From Candidatus Saccharimonadota bacterium (GTDB lineage Bacteria; Bacteroidota; Bacteroidia; Flavobacteriales; Blattabacteriaceae), in contig NZ_OZ034981.1 of assembly GCF_964030875.1 (NCBI RefSeq), forward strand, positions 210,001-242,000: DNA of 32,000 nt. Reading direction: 5' to 3'. A model generated the notes under the pieces. The model did not search any database. It had not been told where the DNA came from and worked only from the letters and a program-made list of their open reading frames with translations. The position numbers and the translations under genes were made by a program. Shown piece after piece: positions 15,024-25,153 of the stretch; positions within the stretch are counted from its first letter, which is position 1, and each line of letters starts with the position of its first letter.

Positions 15024-16925
15024 TTATTTAACTTCTTCAAAATCGACATCTTGAACATTTTTACTCTGAGTATTAGATGCGGAAGTATTTTTACTCTGAG
15101 TATTAGATGCGGAAGTATTTTTTTGAGCAGTATACAATTCTTGTGAAATACTGGTCCAAATATCTGTTAAAATTTTTGTAGTCCTGTCTATTTCATAGAA
15201 ATTTTTTGAAGCCCGAGCATTTTTAAGCTGTTGTAAAATATCTTCTATTTTTTTCTTATTCTCTTTTGATAATTTGTTTTCGGATTCTTTAATCTGTTTT
15301 TCAGTTTGAAAAATTAGTCCATCCGTAGCATTTAACTTATCAATTTCTTCTTTATATTTTCTGTCTTTATCAGCATTTTCTTGGGCTTCTCGTTTCATTT
15401 TTTCAATTTCTTCTTGACTTAATCCTGAAGAAGCTTCAATACGAATTGATTGTTCTCTATTAGTACCTTTATCTTTAGCTGAAACGTTTAAAATACCATT
15501 GGCATCAATATCAAAAGTTACTTCTATTTGAGGTCTTCCTCTAGGAGCTGGTGGTATATTAATTAAATCGAACCGGCCAATTTCTTTATTATCTTTGAAA
15601 AGAGATCGTTCACCTTGTCCTACTCGAATAGTTACAGCTGGTTGATTGTCAGAAGCAGTAGAAAATGTTTCTGATTTTTTTGTTGGTATAGTTGTATTAG
15701 ATTCTATTAATTTAGTAAATATTCCACCTAAAGTTTCTATACCTAAAGAAAGTGGTGTGACATCCAGGAGAAGCACATCTTTAATATCTCCAACAAGAAC
15801 TCCACCTTGAATAGCTGCTCCTATAGCTACAACTTCGTCAGGATTAACACCTTTTGAAGGTTTTTTTCCAAATAATTTTTCTACTTCAGCTTGAATTTTT
15901 GGAATTCGTGTAGAACCACCTACTAAAATTACTTCATCAATATCTTTAATTGCATCTAATCCAGCAGATTCTAATGCTTTTTTGCAAGGTTCCATGGAAC
16001 GACGAATAAGACCATCTTCAAGTTGTTCAAATTGAGCTCTAGTAATAGTTTGTACTAAATGTTTTGGTCCAGAAGAAGTAGCAGTAATATAAGGTAAATT
16101 AATTTCAGTTTTTAGTCCTGAGGAAAGTTCGATTTTTGCTTTTTCAGCTGCTTCTTTTAAACGTTGATGAGCCATAGGATCTTGTCGAAGATCAATACCT
16201 TCTTGAGATTGGAAACTCTTTACCAAGAAATTAATAAGAATATCGTCAAAATCATCTCCTCCTAAATTGGTATCTCCATTTGTAGAAAGTACTTCAAATA
16301 CGCCATCACCTAATTCTAGAATAGAAATATCGAAAGTCCCTCCTCCTAAATCATATACTGCGATTTTTTTATCATGTTTCTTTTTATCTAATCCATAAGC
16401 TAATGCTGCTGCAGTAGGTTCATTAATTATGCGTTCTACTTTCAATCCTGCAATTTCTCCAGATTCTTTAGTAGCTTGTCTTTGTGAATCATTAAAATAT
16501 GCAGGGACAGTGATAACTGCACGGGTAACTTTCTGTCCAAGATAATCTTCAGCAGTTTTCTTCATTTTTTGTAAAATCATTGCTGAAATTTCTTGTGGAG
16601 TATAAATTTTTTTATCTATATCGACTCTTGGAGTATTATTAGGACCTTGTATAACCTTATATGGCACCCGATTTATTTCAGTAGAAAGATCCGAAAATGT
16701 TGTCCCCATAAACCGTTTTATTGAAAAAATAGTTTTTTTAGAATTAGTAACAGCTTGTCTTTTAGCTGGATCTCCGATTTTTATTTCTCCTTCTTCAACA
16801 AAGGCTACCATAGATGGAGTAGTTCTTTTTCCTTCAGAATTAGGAATTACTATAGGATCATTCCCTTCCATTACTGCAACACAGGAATTGGTTGTTCCTA
16901 AATCTATACCAATAATTTTATTCAT
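15024..16925 (-). CDS. dnaK: Molecular chaperone DnaK (Hsp70)
   Basis: 633 aa: [36 protein letters not shown]-terminus DVDFEEVK. Carries an in-frame 10-aa duplication near the C-terminus. Confidence 0.97.
   Translation of the reverse strand: MNKIIGIDLGTTNSCVAVMEGNDPIVIPNSEGKRTTPSMVAFVEEGEIKIGDPAKRQAVTNSKKTIFSIKRFMGTTFSDLSTEINRVPYKVIQGPNNTPRVDIDKKIYTPQEISAMILQKMKKTAEDYLGQKVTRAVITVPAYFNDSQRQATKESGEIAGLKVERIINEPTAAALAYGLDKKKHDKKIAVYDLGGGTFDISILELGDGVFEVLSTNGDTNLGGDDFDDILINFLVKSFQSQEGIDLRQDPMAHQRLKEAAEKAKIELSSGLKTEINLPYITATSSGPKHLVQTITRAQFEQLEDGLIRRSMEPCKKALESAGLDAIKDIDEVILVGGSTRIPKIQAEVEKLFGKKPSKGVNPDEVVAIGAAIQGGVLVGDIKDVLLLDVTPLSLGIETLGGIFTKLIESNTTIPTKKSETFSTASDNQPAVTIRVGQGERSLFKDNKEIGRFDLINIPPAPRGRPQIEVTFDIDANGILNVSAKDKGTNREQSIRIEASSGLSQEEIEKMKREAQENADKDRKYKEEIDKLNATDGLIFQTEKQIKESENKLSKENKKKIEDILQQLKNARASKNFYEIDRTTKILTDIWTSISQELYTAQKNTSASNTQSKNTSASNTQSKNVQDVDFEEVK
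15057..15122. repeat. Perfect 30-bp tandem duplication (period 30, about 2.2 copies)
   Basis: 15061-15090 equals 15091-15120, with matching flanks. It is in frame in dnaK and gives [20 protein letters not shown]. Confidence 0.95.
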
Positions 16926-17129
16926 TTTTAAAATTTTTAAAAAGAGAAAACAAGCATTGTGCCATTAATTTTTTTTTATATGATTGTGTGTTTATTTTAT
17001 AATGTCATTATCAATGACTTTATGTCAACTTTAGAAGATTTTTTTGTAATAATTTTGTAAATTAAAACTAAAATGCTATATATACTCATGCTTTTCTTTG
17101 TAAACAATGATTTTATTTTTTAATATACT

Positions 17130-17576
17130 GTGGACAGTTTAAGCTTTAAAACAAATTCCGTCTCAAAATATGAGATAAGCAAACGTTGGTTACTTATTGA
17201 TGCAACAGATAAAAGTTTAGGAAGACTTGCTTCTACTATTGCTAAAATAATAATAGGAAAACATAAAATTCTTTTTACACCTAACATAAATTGTGGTGAC
17301 CATATTATCGTGATTAATGCAGAAAAAATAAGTTTAAAAGGGAATAATTGGAAAAATAGAAAATACATAAGTTATACTGGTTACCCTGGTGGTAAAAAAT
17401 GTCTAAGCGTTTTTGAACAATTCAATAAAAATCCGATTGTTATTTTAGAAAAAGCTGTTAAAGGAATGTTACCTAAAACAAGGTTAGGGAATCAACTTTA
17501 TAAAAACCTGCATGTGTATGTAGGTCAAAAACATAAACATGTGTCTCAAACACCTATAGTATTGAATATTAATTAA
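17130..17576 (+). CDS. rplM: 50S ribosomal protein L13 (GTG start)
   Basis: 148 aa: (M)DSLSFKTNSVSKYEISKRWLLIDATDKSLGRLAS.. The GTG at 17130 matches the usual L13 N-terminus length. Confidence 0.93.
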   Translation: MDSLSFKTNSVSKYEISKRWLLIDATDKSLGRLASTIAKIIIGKHKILFTPNINCGDHIIVINAEKISLKGNNWKNRKYISYTGYPGGKKCLSVFEQFNKNPIVILEKAVKGMLPKTRLGNQLYKNLHVYVGQKHKHVSQTPIVLNIN

Positions 17577-17582
17577 TTTGAT

Positions 17583-17969
17583 ATGGAAGTTTTACATATA
17601 ATAGGAAGAAGAAAAACTTCAATAGCTCGGTTGTATTTATCACCAGGATGTGGTAAAATAGTTATTAATAAAAGAAATTATAAAAAATATTTTCCACAAA
17701 AGTTATTAAGATATAAAATTTTACAACCGTTTTCACTTACTAATAATATAGATAAATTCGATTTAAAAATTCGGGTTTTAGGAGGAGGTATAAACGGACA
17801 GGCTGAAGCTATTCAGTTAGCTATTTCTCGTGCTCTTTGTAAGATAAATTCAGAAAATCGAAGAATTTTAAAACCTTTAGGATTACTCACCCGTGATCCA
17901 CGTTCAGTAGAACGTAAAAAATTTGGAAGAAAAAAAGCTAGAAAGAAATCACAGTTCTCTAAACGTTAA
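17583..17969 (+). CDS. rpsI: 30S ribosomal protein S9
   Basis: 128 aa: GRRKTSIARLYL..GGGINGQAEAIQLAISRAL..RDPRSVERKKFGRKKARK..QFSKR. Confidence 0.96.
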   Translation: MEVLHIIGRRKTSIARLYLSPGCGKIVINKRNYKKYFPQKLLRYKILQPFSLTNNIDKFDLKIRVLGGGINGQAEAIQLAISRALCKINSENRRILKPLGLLTRDPRSVERKKFGRKKARKKSQFSKR

Positions 17970-18023
17970 TTTTCTCGAGAATATTCCGATATATTTATAT
18001 TATTTTAAATAAATAAATGTAGA

Positions 18024-18740
18024 ATGTCGAAATCGAAAATAAATATAAAAGAATTATTATCTACTGATGTCCATTTTGGACATTCTTCACGTAAATGGTG
18101 TGCTCATATGAGTCCATATATATACATGAAAAAAAATGGAATTTATATTATAGATCTTTATAAAACTATAGAAAAGTTACAGGAAGCTTGTAAAGCTATA
18201 CAGGATATTGTTTATTCAGGTAAAAAAATCCTCTTTGTAGCCACAAAAAAACAAGCTAAAGACATAGTCTCAGAAGTTTCTAGAAAACATAATATGCCTT
18301 ATATTACAGAACGTTGGTTAGGAGGTTTACTGACAAATTTTATAACTATTCGTAAAACAGTTAAAAAACTTAATCTTATTGACAAAAAAAAGAAAAGTGG
18401 TGCTTACGAATCTCTTTCAAAAAAAGAATTATTAATGATAAATCGTTCTCAAAAAAAGCTTGAAAAATATATAGGATCTATATCAGGAATGACGCGATTA
18501 CCATTCGCCATTTTTATTATAGATATCTCTCGAGAAAAAATAGCTCTTAAAGAAGCTAAGAAACTTAATATTACCACGTTTGCTATGGTAGATACTGATT
18601 CTAATCCCAAATTAGTAGATTATTTTATTCCTTCTAATGATGATTCTTCAAAATCTATATCAATTATTTTAAAATATATAAGTGAAGCTATAGCTTTAGG
18701 AATTTCTTCTAGACAAAAAGAACGAGAAAACAATGTCTAG
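18024..18740 (+). CDS. rpsB: 30S ribosomal protein S2
   Basis: 238 aa: LLSTDVHFGHSSRKW...ILFVATKKQAK...ERWLGGLLTNF. Confidence 0.96.
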   Translation: MSKSKINIKELLSTDVHFGHSSRKWCAHMSPYIYMKKNGIYIIDLYKTIEKLQEACKAIQDIVYSGKKILFVATKKQAKDIVSEVSRKHNMPYITERWLGGLLTNFITIRKTVKKLNLIDKKKKSGAYESLSKKELLMINRSQKKLEKYIGSISGMTRLPFAIFIIDISREKIALKEAKKLNITTFAMVDTDSNPKLVDYFIPSNDDSSKSISIILKYISEAIALGISSRQKERENNV

Positions 18741-19554
18741 AATAACTGCTAATCAAATAAAGAATCTGAGGAAAAAAACTGGTTCTGGAATAATGGATTG
18801 CAAAAAAGCGCTTATAGAATCTAAGGGAGATTTTCAAAAAGCTATTGAAATATTACGAATAAATGGAAAAAAAATTGCAATGAGTCTTTCTCATCGCGAG
18901 ACTAATGAAGGAGTTCTTATTGCAAAAGTAAATAGAGAAGAAACACAAGGAGTAATTATAGGATTAAGTTGTGAAACTGATTTCGTAGCAAAAAATAGTT
19001 CTTTTATTAAATTAGCTAATAAATTTGCAGAAATAGCGATTTCATGTAGAAATAAAGATGATTTATTAAATAAATTTATAGGTAATCTTCCGATTAAGGA
19101 AAAACTTATAGAACAAACTGGTGTAATAGGAGAAAAAATTGATTTATGTTTTTTTGAAAAACTTTCAGCTTCTTTTGTCTCTTTTTATGTTCATAATGGA
19201 AATAAAATAGCTAGTTTAGTCGGATTATCATCTGCACCTAAAGGTGTTCAAGAAGTAGCTAAAAATTTAGCTATGCAAGTAGCTGCTATGAATCCCATAG
19301 CTTTAAATAAAAAAAAGTTATCTACTGATATACTTCATAAAGAAAAAGAAATTGCAAAAGAACAATCAAGAAAAGAAGGAAAACCTGAAAATATTATAGA
19401 AAAAATTTCTCAAGGAAAATTAAATAAATTTTTTGATGAAAATTTACTTCTTGACCAAAAATTTATAAAAAATAATAAATTATCTGTATTAGAATATGTA
19501 AAAAAATTTAATTCGAATATTCAAATTACTGATTATAAAAGATTATCTTTTTAA
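18733..19554 (+). CDS. tsf: Elongation factor Ts
   Basis: 273 aa: ITANQIKNLRKKTGSGIMDCKKAL..SCETDFVAKN. Overlaps rpsB by 8 nt. Confidence 0.95.
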   Translation: MSRITANQIKNLRKKTGSGIMDCKKALIESKGDFQKAIEILRINGKKIAMSLSHRETNEGVLIAKVNREETQGVIIGLSCETDFVAKNSSFIKLANKFAEIAISCRNKDDLLNKFIGNLPIKEKLIEQTGVIGEKIDLCFFEKLSASFVSFYVHNGNKIASLVGLSSAPKGVQEVAKNLAMQVAAMNPIALNKKKLSTDILHKEKEIAKEQSRKEGKPENIIEKISQGKLNKFFDENLLLDQKFIKNNKLSVLEYVKKFNSNIQITDYKRLSF

Positions 19555-19619
19555 GGTGGTCAAATATTATTTTGTCCTTCTAATATGTGATATTATCGAT
19601 TAATCCTTACTCTTCCTCC

Positions 19620-20290
19620 TAATGTTCGTCCAAAAAATACTCTCTATAATTAAAGAAAGTGCTCAATTGGTTTACAAAACATTAGGAATGTTAACTTCAT
19701 AAATACAACCAGGTGTAACTACACTTTATTTAGATCACAAGGCCGAAGAATTTAGACGTTATCATGGCGGTATTCCAGCTTTTCTAGTACTTTATAATTT
19801 TCCCAATACATTATGCGTATCTACCAATGACATGGTATTCCCAATAAAAAACCTTTATCTGAAGGAGATATTGTGGGGTACTAATGAATGGATATTATGG
19901 TGATCATGCTTATACTTTTGCAGTAGGTGAAATATCTGAAGACCGAAAAAAAACTCATAGAGGTTATTCTCTATCCCGTGGTATCTATTCTTGTAGAATA
20001 GGGAATTGTACAGGAGATATTGGATACGCTATTCATAACTATGCAGAAAAATATGGTTCCGGTGTAGTTATAGAATACACGGATTAGTAAAAAAATCTAA
20101 TCCTCTGTTACCCAATTATGGAAAAAGAGGATATGATGGTCCTAGCTATTGAACCCATGATTAATCAGGGAACACCTAAGAGAATTAAAAAATATGATTG
20201 GACAATTATTACTAATAAGCCTTCAGTTCATTTTTAACATAATGTAGAAACCCAATTTTACTTTCTACATCTAAAACTATTCATTCTTCT
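19620..20290 (+). pseudogene. map: Methionine aminopeptidase type I, eroded
   Basis: Fragments in several frames: IIKESAQLVYKTLGMLTS*IQPGVTTLYLD..EEF, FPNTLCVSTND, IPNKKPLSEGDIV, MNGYYGDHAYTFAVGEISE (ORF 19884-20087), GDIGYAIHNYAEKYG, PNYGKRG, LAIEPMINQGT, DWTIITNKPSVHF*H. Deletions remove the IDCG and HGxG/HE metal-ligand regions. Confidence 0.85.
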
Positions 20291-20372
20291 GAAGAGGAAC
20301 CGACTATTAAACGTATTCTGCTCTTACTCGAGAATAAGTATAAATTCGTCATTTATTTTTAACAAAAATCTT

Positions 20373-20762
20373 ATGCCAACAATCCAACAGTTAATAAGAA
20401 AGAAAAGAGAAATTTTTAATAAAAAAAGCAAATCTCCGGCTTTAAATTCTTGTCCTCAACGTCGAGGAGTCTGTATACGAGTTTATACTACTACTCCTAA
20501 AAAACCTAATTCGGCAATGCGTAAAGTGGCTAGAGTCCGGTTAACTAATGGAAAAGAGGTTAATGCCTATATTCCTGGTGAGGGTCATAATTTACAAGAA
20601 CACTCTATCGTTTTAGTTCGTGGTGGAAGAGTTAAAGATTTGCCTGGTGTACGTTATCATATATTACGAGGTGCTATAGATACTGCTGGAGTAAAAGATA
20701 GAAAACAAGCACGTAGTAAATATGGAACTAAATATTCCAAAAATGAAAAAAGTAACCCTTAA
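20373..20762 (+). CDS. rpsL: 30S ribosomal protein S12
   Basis: 129 aa: [54 protein letters not shown]. Confidence 0.97.
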   Translation: MPTIQQLIRKKREIFNKKSKSPALNSCPQRRGVCIRVYTTTPKKPNSAMRKVARVRLTNGKEVNAYIPGEGHNLQEHSIVLVRGGRVKDLPGVRYHILRGAIDTAGVKDRKQARSKYGTKYSKNEKSNP

Positions 20763-21219
20763 AAAAAGATCTTTATTACCTGATCCAAAATTTAACGACC
20801 CCTTAGTAAGTCGTTTTGTTAATAATTTAATGAAAAATGGGAAGAAAAATCTCGCATATAACATCTTTTATGGTGCTATGAAAATTGTAAAAGAACGTAA
20901 TGAAAATAAAGATAAAAATGAGCTAGAAATTTGGAAACAAGCACTTACCAATATTATGCCTCATGTAGAAGTTAGGAGTCGTAGAGTAGGAGGATCTACT
21001 TTTCAGATTCCTAGACAAATTAGTCCATATAGAAAAATATCAATAGCTATGAAATGGCTTATCTGTTACTCACGAAAAAGAAATGAAAAAAGTATGTCTG
21101 ATAATCTTGCTGCAGAAATTATTGCCGCATCTAAGGAAGAAGGATTAGCTGTAAAGAAACGTATTGATACTCATAAAATGGCCGAATCTAATAAAGCTTT
21201 CTCACATTTTAGGTTCTAA
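20743..21219 (+). CDS. rpsG: 30S ribosomal protein S7
   Basis: The start is moved to ATG 20743 ([35 protein letters not shown]), which matches the canonical S7 N-terminus. It overlaps the rpsL tail by 20 nt. Confidence 0.93.
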   Translation: MKKVTLKKRSLLPDPKFNDPLVSRFVNNLMKNGKKNLAYNIFYGAMKIVKERNENKDKNELEIWKQALTNIMPHVEVRSRRVGGSTFQIPRQISPYRKISIAMKWLICYSRKRNEKSMSDNLAAEIIAASKEEGLAVKKRIDTHKMAESNKAFSHFRF

Positions 21220-23321
21220 TGAAAGATCTTAAATTTACTAGGAATATAGGTATAGCAGCGCATATAGATGCAGGAAAAACTACTACTACAGAACGTATCC
21301 TTTTTTATACTGGGATCAACCATAAAATAGGTGAAGTCCATGATGGGGCTTCCACTATGGATTGGATGGCTCAAGAACAAGAGAGAGGTATTACTATTAC
21401 TTCAGCTGCTACTAGATGTGAATGGAAATATTGTAATAATAAATATGATATAAATATTATAGATACACCAGGTCACGTGGATTTTACCGTAGAAGTAGAA
21501 CGTTCCTTAAGAGTCTTAGATGGAATGGTTACTATTTTTAGTGCGGTAGATGGAGTAGAACCACAATCCGAAACTGTATGGCGTCAAGCAGAAAAATATA
21601 AAGTCCCAAGAATAGGTTTCGTCAATAAGATGGATAGACGAGGTGCAGATTTTTTCAATGTTTGTTCTCAGGTAAAAAAAATATTAGGTGGGAATCCTTT
21701 GCCCCTGCAAGTTCCTATTGGGAGCGAAGAAAGTTTTAAAGGTGTTGTGGATCTTATTTATAATAAAGCTATAATCTGGAGTGAAGATGATTATGGTATG
21801 ACTTATAAAAATATCCCTATTCCCAACAATCTTGAAAAAATAGTAGCTTACTATCGTGGAAAACTTATTGAAGCTATCGCGGAATACGATGATATTTTGA
21901 TGGAAAAATTTTTTGAAAATCCTAATTCTATTTCAGAAAAGGAGTTGATTGAAGATTTGAGAAAAGCTACTATTCAAATGAAGATTGTTCCTATGCTTTG
22001 TGGATCATCATTTAAAAATAAAGGGGTCCAGTCTATTTTAGATGCTGTTTGTCAATATCTTCCATCTCCTCTAGATGTGGAACAGATTATTGGAAATAAT
22101 ATTAAAACAAAATCTTCCGAAAAAATAATTCCAAGTGATAATGAACCATTTACAGCTTTAGCTTTTAAAATTTCTACTGATCCTTTTGTCGGTCGTTTAG
22201 CTTTTTTTAGGGTCTATTCTGGAAAGCTTTCTGCAGGTTCTTATGTTTTAAATACTCGTTCCAATAATAGAGAACGTATTTCTCGTCTATATCAAATGCA
22301 TGCTAATAAGCAAAACCCAATTAATAGTATTAAATCAGGAGATATTGGAGCTGCTGTAGGATTTAAAGATATAAAAACTGGAGATACTCTTTGTGATGAG
22401 AATCGGCCGATCCTTTTGGAAAGTATATCTTTTCCTGATCCAGTAATCGGGTTTTCCATAGAACCTAAATATAAAAATGATATTGATAAAATGAGTTTTG
22501 CTCTTTCCAGACTCGTTGAAGAAGATCCTACTCTTCAAGTTCGTATAGATAATTCCAGTGGACAAACGATTTTATCAGGAATGGGAGAGCTTCATTTAGA
22601 AATCATTATTGATCGTCTTAAAAGGGAATTTCAAGTAGAAGTAAATCAAGGAAAACCTCAAGTAGAGTACAAAGAATCATTTACTACAGAATATAAACAT
22701 AGAGAGGTTTATAAAAAACAAACTGGAGGTCGGGGGAAATTTGCTGATATTATATTTAAAATTGGTCCTTCTAATAAGAATTCGTTCGAATTTGTTAATT
22801 CTGTAAAAGGAGGAAATATTCCTAAGGAGTTTATTCCATCTATAGAAAAAGGTTTTAAAGAAGCTATGAAAACCGGTCCTTTAGCAGGTTATGAAATAGA
22901 TGCGATGAAAATAACTTTAATAGATGGAACGTATCATCCTGTGGATTCTGATCAATTATCATTTGAACTAGCAGCTAAGATCGGGTTTAAAGAAGCGGCA
23001 AAAAAAGCAAATCCAGTTCTATTAGAACCTATTATGAAAATTGAAATAGTTACTTCAGAAGAAAATCTTGGAAATATAGTAAGTGATTTAAACCGACGTC
23101 GTGGTATTATGCAAGGTGTAGATGATCGTAACAATTCTAAAATAATTAGAGCACAGGTTCCTTTAACTGAAATGTTTGGATATGTAACTACTTTACGAAC
23201 ACTTTCGTCAGGAAGAGCTACTTCTTCAATGGAATTTTCTCATTACGAATCTGCTCCTAAAAACGTTGCTGAATCTATTATTTTTAGGGTAAAAGGAGAT
23301 CCTCATAAAAATGAATCATAA
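21219..23321 (+). CDS. fusA: Elongation factor G
   Basis: 700 aa: [37 protein letters not shown]. Its ATG overlaps the rpsG TAA (taatg). Confidence 0.97.
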   Translation: MKDLKFTRNIGIAAHIDAGKTTTTERILFYTGINHKIGEVHDGASTMDWMAQEQERGITITSAATRCEWKYCNNKYDINIIDTPGHVDFTVEVERSLRVLDGMVTIFSAVDGVEPQSETVWRQAEKYKVPRIGFVNKMDRRGADFFNVCSQVKKILGGNPLPLQVPIGSEESFKGVVDLIYNKAIIWSEDDYGMTYKNIPIPNNLEKIVAYYRGKLIEAIAEYDDILMEKFFENPNSISEKELIEDLRKATIQMKIVPMLCGSSFKNKGVQSILDAVCQYLPSPLDVEQIIGNNIKTKSSEKIIPSDNEPFTALAFKISTDPFVGRLAFFRVYSGKLSAGSYVLNTRSNNRERISRLYQMHANKQNPINSIKSGDIGAAVGFKDIKTGDTLCDENRPILLESISFPDPVIGFSIEPKYKNDIDKMSFALSRLVEEDPTLQVRIDNSSGQTILSGMGELHLEIIIDRLKREFQVEVNQGKPQVEYKESFTTEYKHREVYKKQTGGRGKFADIIFKIGPSNKNSFEFVNSVKGGNIPKEFIPSIEKGFKEAMKTGPLAGYEIDAMKITLIDGTYHPVDSDQLSFELAAKIGFKEAAKKANPVLLEPIMKIEIVTSEENLGNIVSDLNRRRGIMQGVDDRNNSKIIRAQVPLTEMFGYVTTLRTLSSGRATSSMEFSHYESAPKNVAESIIFRVKGDPHKNES

Positions 23322-23611
23322 AATTAGAATAAAATTAAAATCTTACGATCATAATTTAGTAGTCTGCTGAAAAAATAGTCAAATCTGTGAAACCCACTGG
23401 GGCTTTTGTTAACGGACCCATATGTTTGCCAACACAAAAAAAAATTTTTACTATTTTACGTTCACCACATGTTAATAAAAAGTCTCGTGATCAGTACGAA
23501 TTACGTATTCATAAAAGATTATTAGATATTTATAGTCTTTCTTCTAAAACTATAGATGTGCTAATGAAACTCGAAATTCCTAGTGGTGTAGAAATTGAAA
23601 TAAAAGGATAA
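23311..23611 (+). pseudogene. rpsJ: 30S ribosomal protein S10, reading frame broken near codon 17-19
   Basis: ATG 23311 gives [19 protein letters not shown] (stop at 23368-23370). The rest, [24 protein letters not shown]...EIEIKG, is in the +1 frame from 23363, with a tag stop at 23360-23362 just upstream in that frame. The total is 301 nt; adding 5 nt would give 306 nt, or 101 aa, the canonical S10 length. Track ORF 23387-23611 is the GTG-initiated C-terminal 74 aa. Confidence 0.8.
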
Positions 23612-23617
23612 TTTATT

Positions 23618-24244
23618 ATGTCAGGTATTATAGGAAAAAAAATTGGAATGACGAGTCTTTTTGATGAAGATGGAAAACATGTTTCTTGCACTGTTATTCA
23701 GGCAGGGCCATGTTCAGTTATACAAATTAAAACTTTTGAAAAAGATGGTTATTCATCTGTACAACTAGGTTTCGATAATCAACTAGAAAAAAATGTATCT
23801 AAACCTCTGTATGGTCATTTTAAAAAAGCTGGAGTGTATCCTAAAAAAAAAATTATGGAATTTTCTGGCGAATTTGTGAATAATATAAAATTAGGTGATG
23901 AAATCAGTATAAATTTATTCTCAGAAGGAGAATTTGTCGATGTCACAGGTTTATCTAAAGGTCGGGGGTTTCAGGGTGTAGTCAAGAGACATAATTTTTC
24001 TGGAGTTGGAGAACGAACTCATGGTCAACATAATAGGTTAAGATCTCCAGGTTCTATTGGAGCAGGATCTGATCCTTCTAGAGTCTTTAAAGGAACAAAA
24101 ATGGGAGGTAGAATGGGATATAAAAATGTTACTGTTAAAAATCTTAAAGTCCTAAAAATAGTTCTTGAACGTCAGATTATTGTTTTAAAAGGGTCTGTTC
24201 CTGGTAATAACAATACATATCTAGCAATTAAAAAATGGAAATAG
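23618..24244 (+). CDS. rplC: 50S ribosomal protein L3
   Basis: 208 aa: [31 protein letters not shown]. Confidence 0.96.
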   Translation: MSGIIGKKIGMTSLFDEDGKHVSCTVIQAGPCSVIQIKTFEKDGYSSVQLGFDNQLEKNVSKPLYGHFKKAGVYPKKKIMEFSGEFVNNIKLGDEISINLFSEGEFVDVTGLSKGRGFQGVVKRHNFSGVGERTHGQHNRLRSPGSIGAGSDPSRVFKGTKMGGRMGYKNVTVKNLKVLKIVLERQIIVLKGSVPGNNNTYLAIKKWK

Positions 24245-24870
24245 CCGTATTAAATATTAAAGGAGAATCTACCGGTCGTCATATTTTATTAGACCCCTCT
24301 ATTTTTAAGAGAGATTATAATGATCATTTAATATATTTTGATATTAAAAGTTATTTAGCTTCACAACGTCAAGGAACAAATAAAACTAAGGAGAGGAGCA
24401 AATTATCAGGAAGCACTAGAAAACTTCATCGTCAAAAAGGGACAGGTAGTTCAAGAAAGGGAGATATTCATAATCCATTATTTCGTGGTGGGGCTAGAGT
24501 CTTTGGACCTCGTCCAAGATCGTTTCATCAAAAATTGAATAAACTTGCAAAAAGTTTAGTTAAAAAATCTATACTTAGTAAAAAAGTAAAAGATAATGCT
24601 ATTAAAGTAGTAGAAGATTTTTCTTTTGAAAAGCCTAATACTAAAAAATTTTTAAGTCTATTACGTTCTTTTAAATTAGAAAAGAAAAAAATCCTCTTTG
24701 TATTAAAAACACCAGATAAAAAATTATATCTGTCGGCAAGAAATTTACAAGGAAAAAAAATTAGAACTGTTAACGAAATAAATAGCTATGATTTACTGAA
24801 TTCAGTTAAATTAATTTTTTTAGAAAGTGCTTTTTGTCAAATTCAGGAAAATTTAAAAAAAGTAATATAA
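24235..24870 (+). CDS. rplD: 50S ribosomal protein L4
   Basis: 211 aa: [39 protein letters not shown]. Overlaps rplC by 10 nt. Confidence 0.95.
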   Translation: MEIAVLNIKGESTGRHILLDPSIFKRDYNDHLIYFDIKSYLASQRQGTNKTKERSKLSGSTRKLHRQKGTGSSRKGDIHNPLFRGGARVFGPRPRSFHQKLNKLAKSLVKKSILSKKVKDNAIKVVEDFSFEKPNTKKFLSLLRSFKLEKKKILFVLKTPDKKLYLSARNLQGKKIRTVNEINSYDLLNSVKLIFLESAFCQIQENLKKVI

Positions 24871-24872
24871 AC

Positions 24873-25151
24873 ATGGATTTTTTATTAAAAAAGCCAATTA
24901 TTACTGAAAAAACTAGTGCTGCTGTTAAGTTGCACAATGTTTACGTTTTTTTAGTAAATATACGTCATAATAAATATGATATAAAAAAAATAATTGAAAA
25001 TAGATATTCTGTATCTGTAAAAAATGTCCGGATTATAGTGTGTGCACCTAAACGTTTTAAATATAAAAAAATTAAAAAAGCTCTAGTAGAATTTAAAAAA
25101 GGACAATCGATAGATTTTTATAATCTAGATTGTTATCATCAGATTCAGTAA
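24873..25151 (+). CDS. rplW: 50S ribosomal protein L23
   Basis: The start is moved to ATG 24873 ([15 protein letters not shown]...), giving 92 aa. The upstream part of the track ORF overlaps the rplD tail. Confidence 0.92.
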   Translation: MDFLLKKPIITEKTSAAVKLHNVYVFLVNIRHNKYDIKKIIENRYSVSVKNVRIIVCAPKRFKYKKIKKALVEFKKGQSIDFYNLDCYHQIQ

Positions 25152-25153
25152 TT

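Noticed and set aside
17004-17057. Perfect palindrome gtcattatcaatgac (17004-17018) and a TAATTTTG box (17050-17057) in the dnaK/rplM divergent spacer, as possible operator and promoter
   Set aside because: In DNA this AT-rich, such short matches are expected by chance. There is no CIRCE-like element and no -33 TTG at proper spacing, so they are not reported as features.
19884-20087. 67-aa ORF as a short functional protein
   Set aside because: It is the central fragment of methionine aminopeptidase. The flanking map-like sequence lies in other frames with stops.
20300-20345. Weak hairpin tattct...agaata after the map remnant, as a possible terminator
   Set aside because: It has only a 6-bp AT-rich stem with no following T-run, so support is insufficient.
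23359-23371. Programmed +1 frameshift (prfB-like) in rpsJ
   Set aside because: The sequence gta gtc tgc tga a has no re-pairing-competent slippery codon and no obvious upstream SD-like stimulator. Comparison with canonical S10 indicates two missing residues, so a 5-nt deletion is the simpler reading. It is kept as a possibility only in the finding.
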